From an uncultured Planctomycetia bacterium (GTDB lineage: Bacteria > Planctomycetota > MHYJ01 > CAYXQY01): 53,794 nt of DNA. The notes below the pieces were generated by a model. That model did no database searches, was not told the DNA's origin, and saw only the letters and a program-made list of their open reading frames with translations. Of the stretch, positions 8,512-18,262 are shown piece after piece. The DNA lies in the NCBI GenBank assembly GCA_964466525.1, contig CAYXQY010000004.1, forward strand, positions 1 to 53,794. Direction: 5' to 3'. Every line of letters starts with the position of its first letter. Position 1 is the stretch's first letter. Made by a program: the position numbers and the translations under genes.

Positions 8512-11500
8512 TCAGTCATCGCCGGTCGTTAATTTTTCGTACCTGCACATCGAACGGTATGGACAGCCACTGATACATGGATCCGGCGTCACCTCGAATG
8601 CTCCGTTTAATATCCGGTTGACGATATGTTTGCTCCCGTCGGCAAGGTCTCGCCGGAGGTCTTCCAGTTCGTATGACGGGTCGGTCCCGGATGGGTCAAG
8701 AACAGTTGTTGACAATTCCGGCTTCCGGCTGTATTCTCTCATCGTGATAAATCCGGCACTCCAGCTTTCAATGTCTTCGTAGTCGTCGACCGACGATTGT
8801 GCGACCGCAAGCACGTACAGCGGAAGCTGAAAACTCCGTGTGCCAAATTCCTCCCGGGAAATCAACCTCCGATATTTCTGGCCGCGACGGGCGTTCTTAT
8901 AATCCAGTACCGTTCCCTGACGTCCAGTCTCGTATTCAATTCGGTCAATTCGACCCTCAAGCTGCATCTGTTCTCCGTCCTCTGATGTAAACTTCACGGC
9001 CGGGAGCTCACGATGTCCGCCGAAGGACCGCTCGGCATGTACCCGTTCCGTAGCTGATCGGTTCCGTTCAAGGTAACGGACCACCTGCCGCAGGCGAATG
9101 CGCAACCGTTCTTTTTTTACCGCCCAGTACGTATCATTTCCGTGAAAACCGTAATGCTCCCACTTCGCAAAGACGTTTTTACAGGCCTCGTTGATGTTTT
9201 CGTCTGTAACTGTGTTGTTCGACCGGTCCCCTGTGTATAATCGCCTGAGCAGTTCGTGAAGAAGCAGCCCTTCACGTCGTCGATCCATACTGAGGATCGG
9301 TTCATCCGTTTCGTCCAGATGAAGGATTCGTTCGCTGAAATACGCGTAAGGACATTGTGCATAACGCTCCAGGGCCGTGGAGGACCATCGATGTGTGTCA
9401 AAATCAGTCAGGTTTTGCCGGAGGAGCCGACGGTATGTGTCCCGGTCCGATATGATTCCGCACCAGGGACCGGCTCGTTCCGTTCGTTCATCCCGGTCGG
9501 TACTCATGAAAAATGCGTCCCGAAGGCGTTCGAGTCGAATCCGCTCCAGCACGTGTTCGATCCGTGTCGAAACGGAATCGCCCCAGCGGGTACCTTCAAG
9601 CAATGAATTGGAGGAAGCCGGGAAGGACTCCTTTTCCTGCGATCGATGCGATACCATCTGGATCAACCGCTCCCGTTCGGTGTAAGCAGGATTTTCCTGA
9701 CCTGTTTCGGACGTCTTCGAATCAGGGGTCTGAACCACTGCGTCGCTGAGGAGTTTCTTTACATCCTCCAGAAACGGAGAGGGAATCTGTTCGGTTCCAT
9801 CCGAATCCCGGCGACTCCATGTAAATACCACCTGCTTCTTTGCGGCGGAAAGTGCCTGGTGAAAAAGGTAAAGTTCCCGGTTTCGTTTGTCCGAAGACCT
9901 CTGCAGGATGCTGCGCTCTTTGTTTGAGCGAAGGGCCTGAATGATGTCGTCCGTCAGAAACGGATCCTCGTGGATGGGTTTCGGCCAGGTGCCTTCGTTC
10001 ATGCCCATCATGATGACGTGATCCGCTTTGATCCCGGATATCTGGGATGGAGTAAGGATTCGTACACCATCATCCGGCCCGGTCCATTTCATGCTGGACC
10101 GGGCCGCTTCCGCCCAGATCCCGTGGAAGAATTCGAGCAGGTCCGATTTGCTGGTGAACGTTGTTTCAAACTCCACGTGATCCAGCCCGTTCTGCAAACG
10201 GTCCAGAAAGGAACGAAACGCGGAGGTACCCCGGAGGTTTCGACGCCCGTGCTCTCCGGGCGGGTTGGTGGACGTTATAGTTGATGAGACGTTGAACATG
10301 TTCCAGTGTGATAGGAGACGTTCGACGAGTTGTTTGAGAGTGGTCTTTTCGTCCGGTGTCTCAAGAAAATCGAACAACTCCTCCATTCGGTTTCGAAACC
10401 GGTGCAAATCATGTTCGAGTCGTTTCTCATGTTCATGGTCCGTCGGGAAAAACGAGCAGTCCGGTGAGGATGACGCAAAGGCCTCCAGGCGATGATGGAG
10501 GTTCCGTTTCATTTGTTTCATACGGGATCGCCACGTGTCGGGTGATCCACCGGTGATTCCGGCTTCCCTGAAGAGACGGTCCAGACCCTCGGGATCAATC
10601 CGGGCGGGACCGCCGAGCAGGGTATTCCGCAACAGGTCGAGCACATCCTCCCGCTGAAACGTATTGAAGGCCGTGTTCACGGGTTGAAGTAGAGAAAGGA
10701 TTCCCGGTTCGAAACACGAGAAACCCGTTTGCTCTCGAAGGACGGGCACATCTCTGGAGGCAAGGGCCTCTGTCAGCTTGCTGGAAGAAGAGGCGTCCCT
10801 GCGGCGAACCACGGCGATTTCATCCGGAGGTACGCCATCGTTCAGTTTGCTTCGCACCCGTCTTGCGACGGATCGATACTCGTTCGCAGGACGGGTTGTT
10901 TCGAGAAATTGCAACGATTCATCCGGCGTTATCGGGTCCAGATTGAGGAGCGATTCAGGCCTTCGAAAGATTCGTTCTCGCACGCGAATAAGGGCGTTGT
11001 CCGGCGTCTTCCCCGGGATCTGAAACGCCGGGTCGACGGTATCAAGAGTCCGCCCGGCTCGCTCGAACTTTTCCACGGTGGACAATACCCATTCGAATGC
11101 CTCACGCCGTTCCGGGTTGTACGAAAATTCTATTTTTGCGTGTTCAACGTGCTGAAGAAGTACGTTCAGAAGCTGGAATTCGAGTTCCGTGAGGTGTTCG
11201 AGTTCACGGATCTCAACGTATTCGGTTGACCCATACGGTGCAGGTAGTCTGGTCCGTTTCTGTGAAACATCGAGGAGGTCGGACATCTGACCGGGATGGT
11301 CCCGGACCCCTTCGTCCGAAAGCAAACTGCAGTATCGTTCGAGAACGTCCGGCAACCGCCGGTGTAATGGGGTTAATCGGTCCAGATGCTGTTGGAAAAC
11401 GTTGGAAAGTTGTTCTCCGCTAACCATTGCCATTCCAAGAACGTGCCGAATCCGGAGAAGCCGGGAGACCAACCGGGAGGGGTGGACATGATCTTCAAAT

Positions 11501-11745
11501 AGGGGCGGGATATCACCGTCGGACTCGAGCCCGGCCGCATTGTACATGGCGACGTGTTTCAGCCAGTCCGGTGCGGATGGATCAACGTCCGATTGAGAGA
11601 TCATACGGGCGAAAAAAGCGGGAAGCGTAACAACATTGTCGGTCCACACCCGAAACCGGTCGGCCTCGGAAAGACGCTGATCCAGTATTTTACGGCGTTG
11701 AAGCTCAGATTTGACGATCAGCAACCGGGTGTTCGGAGACGTCAT
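8512..11745 (-). CDS. addB: AddB-type PD-(D/E)XK nuclease (helicase-nuclease complex subunit B-like) with a Cys4 cluster
   Basis: 1077 aa. The C-terminal RecB-family nuclease motif is LEGRIDRIEYETGRQGTVLDYKNARR. One Cys lies before it (YAQCPYAYF) and three after it (DPCISGCPYRSMC), as in the AddB Fe-S staple. No Walker A motif is seen at the N-terminus. Confidence 0.65.
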   Translation of the reverse strand: MTSPNTRLLIVKSELQRRKILDQRLSEADRFRVWTDNVVTLPAFFARMISQSDVDPSAPDWLKHVAMYNAAGLESDGDIPPLFEDHVHPSRLVSRLLRIRHVLGMAMVSGEQLSNVFQQHLDRLTPLHRRLPDVLERYCSLLSDEGVRDHPGQMSDLLDVSQKRTRLPAPYGSTEYVEIRELEHLTELEFQLLNVLLQHVEHAKIEFSYNPERREAFEWVLSTVEKFERAGRTLDTVDPAFQIPGKTPDNALIRVRERIFRRPESLLNLDPITPDESLQFLETTRPANEYRSVARRVRSKLNDGVPPDEIAVVRRRDASSSSKLTEALASRDVPVLREQTGFSCFEPGILSLLQPVNTAFNTFQREDVLDLLRNTLLGGPARIDPEGLDRLFREAGITGGSPDTWRSRMKQMKRNLHHRLEAFASSSPDCSFFPTDHEHEKRLEHDLHRFRNRMEELFDFLETPDEKTTLKQLVERLLSHWNMFNVSSTITSTNPPGEHGRRNLRGTSAFRSFLDRLQNGLDHVEFETTFTSKSDLLEFFHGIWAEAARSSMKWTGPDDGVRILTPSQISGIKADHVIMMGMNEGTWPKPIHEDPFLTDDIIQALRSNKERSILQRSSDKRNRELYLFHQALSAAKKQVVFTWSRRDSDGTEQIPSPFLEDVKKLLSDAVVQTPDSKTSETGQENPAYTERERLIQMVSHRSQEKESFPASSNSLLEGTRWGDSVSTRIEHVLERIRLERLRDAFFMSTDRDERTERAGPWCGIISDRDTYRRLLRQNLTDFDTHRWSSTALERYAQCPYAYFSERILHLDETDEPILSMDRRREGLLLHELLRRLYTGDRSNNTVTDENINEACKNVFAKWEHYGFHGNDTYWAVKKERLRIRLRQVVRYLERNRSATERVHAERSFGGHRELPAVKFTSEDGEQMQLEGRIDRIEYETGRQGTVLDYKNARRGQKYRRLISREEFGTRSFQLPLYVLAVAQSSVDDYEDIESWSAGFITMREYSRKPELSTTVLDPSGTDPSYELEDLRRDLADGSKHIVNRILNGAFEVTPDPCISGCPYRSMCRYEKLTTGDD

Positions 11746-11756
11746 GGTCGAAATTA

Positions 11757-13415
11757 TTATTTGTCAGAAAAACGACGAATACGCCAGATCGGGACACGCT
11801 CAACACGGGCAAGTCGTCGCTGTGAGGGTTCACCGGGATCGTTCGATCCGTTCACGCCGTCGATGGGTGTGACAAGGGGCTGATCGAACTGAAACTCCTT
11901 CTGAAGTAGATACTTTTGAAACAGCGGATGGGAGTTCAACGAGTAAACCCCCCGGGCGGGAGGTTCATTTTGCTCACCGTCGTGGGTCGAATACTGGTTG
12001 AGCCACGAGTTTACGGTATGAACCGGCTGTCTTCGAAACGGAACCTTGTCCGGATTCCGGATGTCAATACGGTCCGGAGCACCGGTCTGTAAACTGTAGA
12101 AGCGAACCGGTGCGGCCGCGCCGCGATCGGCGATCAGGATCGAGTGATCCGGAATGCTTTTCGTGTCCAGCCAGAACCTTCGGGCACCGTTTCCATGTCC
12201 CTGCCATGGGACCATGTAATACGTCGTGCGATCAATGCGTGGATAAGATCGCTCGGGAAGCAGGGATGAGACAATCGTCCTGTGCTCCGGGTCCGCCACG
12301 GAGATGTACAGCATAATCGGGCTCAAACTTAGAACCGCAACGACGGCGATGAGAATAGAACCGTACGAGCTATCCATCGCTTCCCGATGGAGGGACGCAT
12401 ATCGAAGAAACCAGCCCAACCCCTCCCCGATCAAAACAGCGAACAGCACAAAGGCCAGCGAAGAAAGAAAATACCGGCCGTCCGGAAAGGAAGTGTCAAA
12501 CAGCGGGATTGACAGCAGAATTGATACGAGAAGTATCCACCGGACCGGACGCTGTTTACCGAATTGTACCACGACCCCGAATAGACCCAGGAGGACACCA
12601 AAAAGTGGAAACTGGTACATCAGGAGTAACCCATAAGTGGTCATGTTACTGAACAAATCGTCCGGTGATAGGTGTTCGGATAACCGCTCCGGTTGGACCG
12701 GAAGCAGTTGGTCCGGGTGAAGGTTTCCCGTTAACAAAGTAGACAGCACCAGCGACGTACCATAACCAACAAGAAGAAATAAAACGAACAGAAACGGACT
12801 CCACCAACGTGAATACGGCTCACTGAACGAGAAAAGTAGGATGATCATGCCCGGGAACAGGAGAAAAAAGAAAATGGACTCGCCCGTACCGACTCCAATC
12901 AGTACTGCAGCGGCCACAAGCCAGCCTGTACCGTGCTGCGTGTTACGGGCTGTCCAGCGCATGGTACAGTAAACGACAAGCAGGAGAAGAAACATCATCA
13001 CCGGATGAGGTCCGGACGTTGTGGCGAGGTGCCAGAACATCTGTGACAGACCGAGCGTGACGCAGGTCATTATTCCGCTGAAACGGCTCCACCCGGAACG
13101 AAGGCAAACCAGGTACAGCAGGGAAAGTGTCGCTGCACTGAAGAAAGCGGAAACAGCGTTCTGTGAAACCACGCCGGATAGGAAGGGAAGAGAAGAGGAC
13201 AGGGATGCAGCGATAAGGCCCATGAACGTTCGGAGCGGGTGACGGAGGTGTTCCATCGTCTCCGGGAACAGTGACTGACGGGCAACGTCCGCCCCGGCTC
13301 CCCATCCAATATCCGGATGCAGCGTCAGGAGATAAAACGTGAACGAAACAACCAGAATCCAGACGGGAATGTACGGATCGAACGGGTTCCGGACGCCGGC
13401 GGTATGATCATCCAT
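11757..13415 (-). CDS. Polytopic membrane protein, probable GT-C-fold glycosyltransferase (DUF2723/TMEM260-like)
   Basis: 552 aa with about 11 hydrophobic segments followed by a soluble C-terminal domain. The N-terminal pattern YLLTLHPDIGWGAGADVARQS...HLRHPL resembles the DUF2723 signature. The start overlaps the dapF stop by 8 nt. Confidence 0.45.
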   Translation of the reverse strand: MDDHTAGVRNPFDPYIPVWILVVSFTFYLLTLHPDIGWGAGADVARQSLFPETMEHLRHPLRTFMGLIAASLSSSLPFLSGVVSQNAVSAFFSAATLSLLYLVCLRSGWSRFSGIMTCVTLGLSQMFWHLATTSGPHPVMMFLLLLVVYCTMRWTARNTQHGTGWLVAAAVLIGVGTGESIFFFLLFPGMIILLFSFSEPYSRWWSPFLFVLFLLVGYGTSLVLSTLLTGNLHPDQLLPVQPERLSEHLSPDDLFSNMTTYGLLLMYQFPLFGVLLGLFGVVVQFGKQRPVRWILLVSILLSIPLFDTSFPDGRYFLSSLAFVLFAVLIGEGLGWFLRYASLHREAMDSSYGSILIAVVAVLSLSPIMLYISVADPEHRTIVSSLLPERSYPRIDRTTYYMVPWQGHGNGARRFWLDTKSIPDHSILIADRGAAAPVRFYSLQTGAPDRIDIRNPDKVPFRRQPVHTVNSWLNQYSTHDGEQNEPPARGVYSLNSHPLFQKYLLQKEFQFDQPLVTPIDGVNGSNDPGEPSQRRLARVERVPIWRIRRFSDK

Positions 13416-14292
13416 GTGCTTGCCAGGAATCGTCCCGAATCGACCAGTCGCCCGTGAAACAGTATTCGGCGGGACCTTCCATGTAAATCGGAGTGTCGTT
13501 ACCCGCCCAGCTTACCTTAAGGTCCCCTCCGTCCAGGTGTACCGTAACGGGACTGGCCACACGATCCGTTATGATGGCCGAAACACTCACGCCGCAGGCC
13601 CCTGTGCCGCACGCCTCCGTCACACCGGCTCCCCGTTCCCACGTTCGCTGACGCACCTCGTGATCCCCGAGCACCTCGGCAAAGTGTACATTCGTGCGCT
13701 CGGGGAAACGTTCGTGGTGCTCAAGTTGCGGTCCCCAGTTCTCAAGAGGGACCTGTTCGGCGTCCTCCACGAAAATCGTAATGTGAGGATTCCCCGTGGA
13801 AACGGCCGTGATTTCAAACGATTGATCATCGATGGACAGGGGTTCGTCCCGCACCGGCTCGTCCGGACCGGTCATTGGAACCTCACCACGGGTCAGTCCC
13901 GGTTGTCCCATGTTTACTCGCACGCCGGTCACCAGCTCCGATTCCTCGTCCAGGGATAGCTGGAGGTGCTTGGGTCCGGCGTCCGTTTCCACCTGAAATT
14001 CCGTCTGATCCGTTGCACCGATGTCGTAGATAAGTCGTGCGATACAGCGGATGCCGTTCCCGCACATCTCCGGGCGGGACCCATCCGGATTGTACATTAC
14101 CATGCGAAACGGAGCATCCGTACCCTTTTCAAGCAGAATCACGCCGTCCGCACCGACCCCCCGTTTCCGGTCACAGAGCATTTGCACTTCGGAGGATGGG
14201 GGACGTTGGTCAAACGACCGAGCGTCGAAGAGCACGAAGTCGTTTCCAATCCCGTTCATTTTGTAGAAAGAAACAGGTTCCTGTTGAGGCAT
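13408..14292 (-). CDS. dapF: Diaminopimelate epimerase
   Basis: FYKMNGIGNDFVLFD plus both catalytic Cys blocks (EMCGNGIRC and EACGTGACG). ATG 14292 is preferred over the TTG at 14322 used by the ORF track. Confidence 0.92.
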   Translation of the reverse strand: MPQQEPVSFYKMNGIGNDFVLFDARSFDQRPPSSEVQMLCDRKRGVGADGVILLEKGTDAPFRMVMYNPDGSRPEMCGNGIRCIARLIYDIGATDQTEFQVETDAGPKHLQLSLDEESELVTGVRVNMGQPGLTRGEVPMTGPDEPVRDEPLSIDDQSFEITAVSTGNPHITIFVEDAEQVPLENWGPQLEHHERFPERTNVHFAEVLGDHEVRQRTWERGAGVTEACGTGACGVSVSAIITDRVASPVTVHLDGGDLKVSWAGNDTPIYMEGPAEYCFTGDWSIRDDSWQAHG

Positions 14293-14875
14293 CGTACGGA
14301 AAGCTATTGACGAGAAAGCCAATTAAACCCACAGGCCAATCCAATTTTCGAGAAGCTGAGCCGAAAGAGATCCGTAAGATATTTGTAACCGGTTCGTTAT
14401 AAACCCCACGGTTACGTTATCTTACAACCGTGGAACCCGTCGGAAGCCCTCGAACAATTCCATCACGATAGCTACGATCTCTAACATCAATAGTTCGTTG
14501 ATGACGGGTTCACGATGGAAGAATTATGGACAAAGTACGAAATGTATTCAAACAAACTCATGCTGAACGTTCCAGCACTTGCGATTGTATTTGACAGAAC
14601 GTGGACAAAACACCTCGGTTTTACGAGATAGGTTCGTATCATTTATTCTTCCTGGTCGGTGTGTTGAATGTTACCCTACCGAAACCTTTATGTGCTTTCG
14701 GGTTCATATGGACGGACAGGATGTCGGTTACCGGTTGTCGGCAAAACGTTGTATTGGTATCTCATCCCGTTTATTCTTGATACGCTGTTTCATACGCATT
14801 TTATTCAAACCCGGGTTCGTCTTCCTCCGTTCCCGGGACCGTCACGTACATTAACAACTCTTCCAGCCTCAACAT

Positions 14876-16927
14876 ATGTTAAATCGCCACGGTCTAACCG
14901 CAGTGCTTATCATTGGTTTTGTATTTTTGTCGGGGTCGCTTCCGGCACAGCAAAACCCGGACGATCCGTTTCACCCGGATAACGTGAAGTTCGATCCGGA
15001 CGGGTTGCCCGAGGTCGAAGAGGGATTTGAAGTGAACATTCTTGCCCGGGAGCCGGCCTTTATCCATATTTCCGCCCTGGCGGTCGGGAAGCAGGGGCGT
15101 CTGTACGCCGGTGGAGGGCCGCAGTACAGGCAACCCGACCCGGATACACCCAAGGATTCAGTATGGGTGGTGGTTGATAAAAACCAGGATGGAAAGGCGG
15201 ACGGCGTGAAGGAATTTGCTACCGGGTTCAATTCCGTACAGGGTCTCGCCTGGCGCGACGGAGCGCTCTGGGTGGCGAACGCGCCGGACCTGACCTACGT
15301 TCGTGACACGGACGGAGACCTGAAAGCGGACAGGTACGTGAAGGTGCTCACCCACCTCGGTCACCTCCGTCATGGGTTACACGGGCTGGTGTGGGCACCG
15401 GACGGCCGACTTTACATGAGTCAGGGCAATAGCCGGGTACAGAAAGGCGCCCCGGAGCCGTTTCGTGAACTGCACAACGTGGAGTCGGACGATCCCGTGG
15501 AGCAACCCATCAACAAGGTCTATACACCGGAGCAGTATGAAGCGGATTACATTGGTGAATGGCCGAGTGAAGAAGGGGGGTATCTCCGAATGGACCCGGA
15601 CGGTCAGAACCTGGAGATCTTTGCCCGTGGCTTACGGAACCCCTGGGATTGGACATTTGGTCCCGGGTTCAACTGGCTGGGCAACGATCAGGATCCCGGA
15701 AACTACGGGGACCGCATGCTGATGCCGTTTGAAGGAGCCTATTTCGGCATGAAACACCCGGACGTTGACTTCGATTGGATGGGGGAGGACCCCCGTGTTG
15801 CTCCGGCTTCCCATCATTTCACACGGTACGACGAAAGCTCACTGGTGGGGATGGTGTACTACAAACATCGACATTTTCCGGAGAACTTTCGAAACATTTT
15901 CTTCGTAAATGATTGGGCGAACAACAACATCTACACGTTCCGACCCTACTGGGATGGTGCAAACCTGAAGGATGATGGAGGCATGGAATCAAATTTCGCG
16001 GACGGTGGTGAAACCAAGGGAGCGGAAACCGAGTACGTGCCGGAGGAAGGCAAGCCGCTGTTTCGCCCGACGGACCTGGTTGTGGGTCCGAGCGGGGCCC
16101 TCTACGTCGGGGGATGGGGGGCAAAATACGGTTCCTCCTTCGCCCCGCACCGTCCGGAGGACAAAAAAGGGAAATTACACTACGGACGGATTTTTCGCAT
16201 ACGACATAGTGAACGACCGTTGACTCCTCGCAAACAGTGGCTCAAGGATAGGCGGACGCAACCGTACAATCAGTGGTCGTTCGATCAGCTCATTGCGGAT
16301 CTCGATAATCAGGTGCGTACGTGGCGGACCGACGCGCAACTGGAGCTGGTTCGTCGAGGTACAGCATCTCGCCGGCCATTGCTGAATGCGCTCGAGAGTG
16401 GAACCCTCTCAATGATGGCCGAAACCTATGCAGTGTGGACGCTCGGTCGTATCGGGCCGGACCTGGACCGGTTCAGTAGTTGGGCAAGAGGAGACGGCGG
16501 TATCGGTACGAACCGCCGGATTCAGGCGATTCGCGTACTGGGAGAGAAAAAAACACAACAGGGAGCGGAAGTTGTTGCACGGCAACTGGCGGATTCGTCT
16601 CCCCGTGTCCGGAAGGCCGCCGCGTTGAACATCGATGATATTGGTGAATCAAAACATATCACTCCCCTTGCTTCCGCCATGCGTAACGAGACCGATTCCA
16701 CCGTCTTCTATACCCAGTGGAAAGCGCTGCGTGCCCTTGCCTCCCGGGACGAACTCATTGCGGTGATCAAACAGGCCGATTCGGTGAACGTGCAGGGCGG
16801 CGCACTGTTTGCGCTTGACAATATACCGGAGGCGGTTTGTGAACACCTTACTCTTTCCGGGAAAGACGGGTTTGAGAAGGTAAAAGAAATCCTTGAAGAG
16901 AAAATGGAGGAGTCGTGTGGGATGTAA
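14876..16927 (+). CDS. Secreted beta-propeller protein with PVC-type membrane-bound-dehydrogenase-like domain and C-terminal HEAT repeats
   Basis: Signal peptide, then GFEVNILAREPAFIHISALAVGKQGRLY...DKNQDGKADGVKEFATGF...RDTDGDLKADRY...VWAPDGRLYMSQGN. HEAT-like repeats lie near the C-terminus (SSPRVRKAAALNIDDIG). No CxxCH heme motif is present anywhere in the protein. Confidence 0.5.
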   Translation: MLNRHGLTAVLIIGFVFLSGSLPAQQNPDDPFHPDNVKFDPDGLPEVEEGFEVNILAREPAFIHISALAVGKQGRLYAGGGPQYRQPDPDTPKDSVWVVVDKNQDGKADGVKEFATGFNSVQGLAWRDGALWVANAPDLTYVRDTDGDLKADRYVKVLTHLGHLRHGLHGLVWAPDGRLYMSQGNSRVQKGAPEPFRELHNVESDDPVEQPINKVYTPEQYEADYIGEWPSEEGGYLRMDPDGQNLEIFARGLRNPWDWTFGPGFNWLGNDQDPGNYGDRMLMPFEGAYFGMKHPDVDFDWMGEDPRVAPASHHFTRYDESSLVGMVYYKHRHFPENFRNIFFVNDWANNNIYTFRPYWDGANLKDDGGMESNFADGGETKGAETEYVPEEGKPLFRPTDLVVGPSGALYVGGWGAKYGSSFAPHRPEDKKGKLHYGRIFRIRHSERPLTPRKQWLKDRRTQPYNQWSFDQLIADLDNQVRTWRTDAQLELVRRGTASRRPLLNALESGTLSMMAETYAVWTLGRIGPDLDRFSSWARGDGGIGTNRRIQAIRVLGEKKTQQGAEVVARQLADSSPRVRKAAALNIDDIGESKHITPLASAMRNETDSTVFYTQWKALRALASRDELIAVIKQADSVNVQGGALFALDNIPEAVCEHLTLSGKDGFEKVKEILEEKMEESCGM

Positions 16928-16974
16928 CATGAATCAGGGAAACTGCTGATCCACCCCGCTGCTTCAGTAGGATT

Positions 16975-17042
16975 CCAACCGCTCGGCAGTGGGGGGGGAT
17001 TACCCGGACGATGTCGCTATGTCGTAAGCGCCCAGCGGTTGG
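16975..17042. terminator. Long-loop inverted repeat between convergent genes
   Basis: CCAACCGCT (16975..16983) pairs with AGCGGTTGG (17034..17042), a 9-bp perfect stem. The loop is about 50 nt and contains a G8 run. Confidence 0.25.
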
Positions 17043-17054
17043 GAATGTAACGAT

Positions 17055-18125
17055 TCAAAAATCCAACGAACACGATATTGTCCACGTTCCAAATGCATGT
17101 CCATCGTCCTGCTGTTCAAATGTTCGGCTCATTGCGGTCTGGCTGTAGGTGAGGTCCGCCTGCCAGTTCGCGGTTCGATACAGCAGTTTCACCCCACCCT
17201 GCAGTTCTCCAACAAGCGGTTTTCGATCCACACTCGGGGAATCCTGAAAATCCGACCCGTCAAGGAAGATATTGTGTTGAACGGCACGACCGGTCGCACG
17301 ACCGAACCCGTACGCCGAGAATCCCCGCTGTGCCGTTCCCGTAGCATCCTGCAACTGAAGCAATCGACCCGGACCAAAATTCTCAGGAAGTTTCCATCCA
17401 GCACGAACAGTTGAACCGACCCGGATTTCCCGGAGAACCGTGCCGACGGACGCCCCCGCGATCGGAATGACGTCATACGTGAGGTTCGGATGGACGACGT
17501 CTACGGACCCCGGGAACAGTCGCCATTTACGGCGAACGTGCAGGTTCCCTGTGATTTCGTTCGGCAGCTGGTTATCCCATCCCTCCGGTTCCGGATTGCC
17601 GAAGTAGGAATGTACCGTTTCTTGCAGGAACTCCGCCCGGGCCGCCGGACCGACCACACCCAGGTCAAACTGAACGTGATCCATTTTTGTCCGTTGTTTG
17701 TCGGTTCGTTGCCAGAGTCCCCCTGCAAACAGGTACCCCGCCCATGGATGGTCGTCGGGTTGAGGTTCGGCAATCGTAATGTCTTCGGGAGTAAAGATGA
17801 GGTGGCCCAGGACAAATCCGGCACCGTAATCAGCCGGACCGAACGCGTCGGCGAAGGGCATATAAGGCGCGAGGTCCTTCGCCCATGCCGGTTCGTACAG
17901 CAGGCTTACTCCGGCTGCGTTCGTCTGGTTTTCATCCGTGGACTCGTTGGGTTTGTAGTAGGGACTGTCATTTTCGGAATATATTGTAACGGTTTCCTCA
18001 TTCGATGTGTTTGAGGACCCGTCATCGTTGACTGCAGTGATCGGTGTGAATTGGAGACTGAGAACAATCACAAAGATGAACAAAGAACGTAAGCAGTTCA
18101 ATTTTGACCTCCGGTATTTTCTCAT
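17055..18125 (-). CDS. Lipid A deacylase LpxR-family (DUF2219) outer-membrane protein
   Basis: Signal peptide followed by LGHLIFTPEDI...DDHPWAGYLFAGGLWQRTD...FDLGVVGPAARAEFLQETVHSYFG...GWDNQLPNEITGNLHVRRKWRL, the pattern I associate with LpxR/DUF2219 beta-barrels. Confidence 0.6.
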   Translation of the reverse strand: MRKYRRSKLNCLRSLFIFVIVLSLQFTPITAVNDDGSSNTSNEETVTIYSENDSPYYKPNESTDENQTNAAGVSLLYEPAWAKDLAPYMPFADAFGPADYGAGFVLGHLIFTPEDITIAEPQPDDHPWAGYLFAGGLWQRTDKQRTKMDHVQFDLGVVGPAARAEFLQETVHSYFGNPEPEGWDNQLPNEITGNLHVRRKWRLFPGSVDVVHPNLTYDVIPIAGASVGTVLREIRVGSTVRAGWKLPENFGPGRLLQLQDATGTAQRGFSAYGFGRATGRAVQHNIFLDGSDFQDSPSVDRKPLVGELQGGVKLLYRTANWQADLTYSQTAMSRTFEQQDDGHAFGTWTISCSLDF

Positions 18126-18262
18126 AAATTAGCGACCGACCGTCTCTGGAACGTCTTCGAATGCGGTATTCCAGCTCATCCGCGTAAAACCCAATAGTGT
18201 ATCAATCTACAGGGTTCTCGACCCGGTACTTCTCCGTGGTCTTCATTTTGCGGTTCCGGTGG

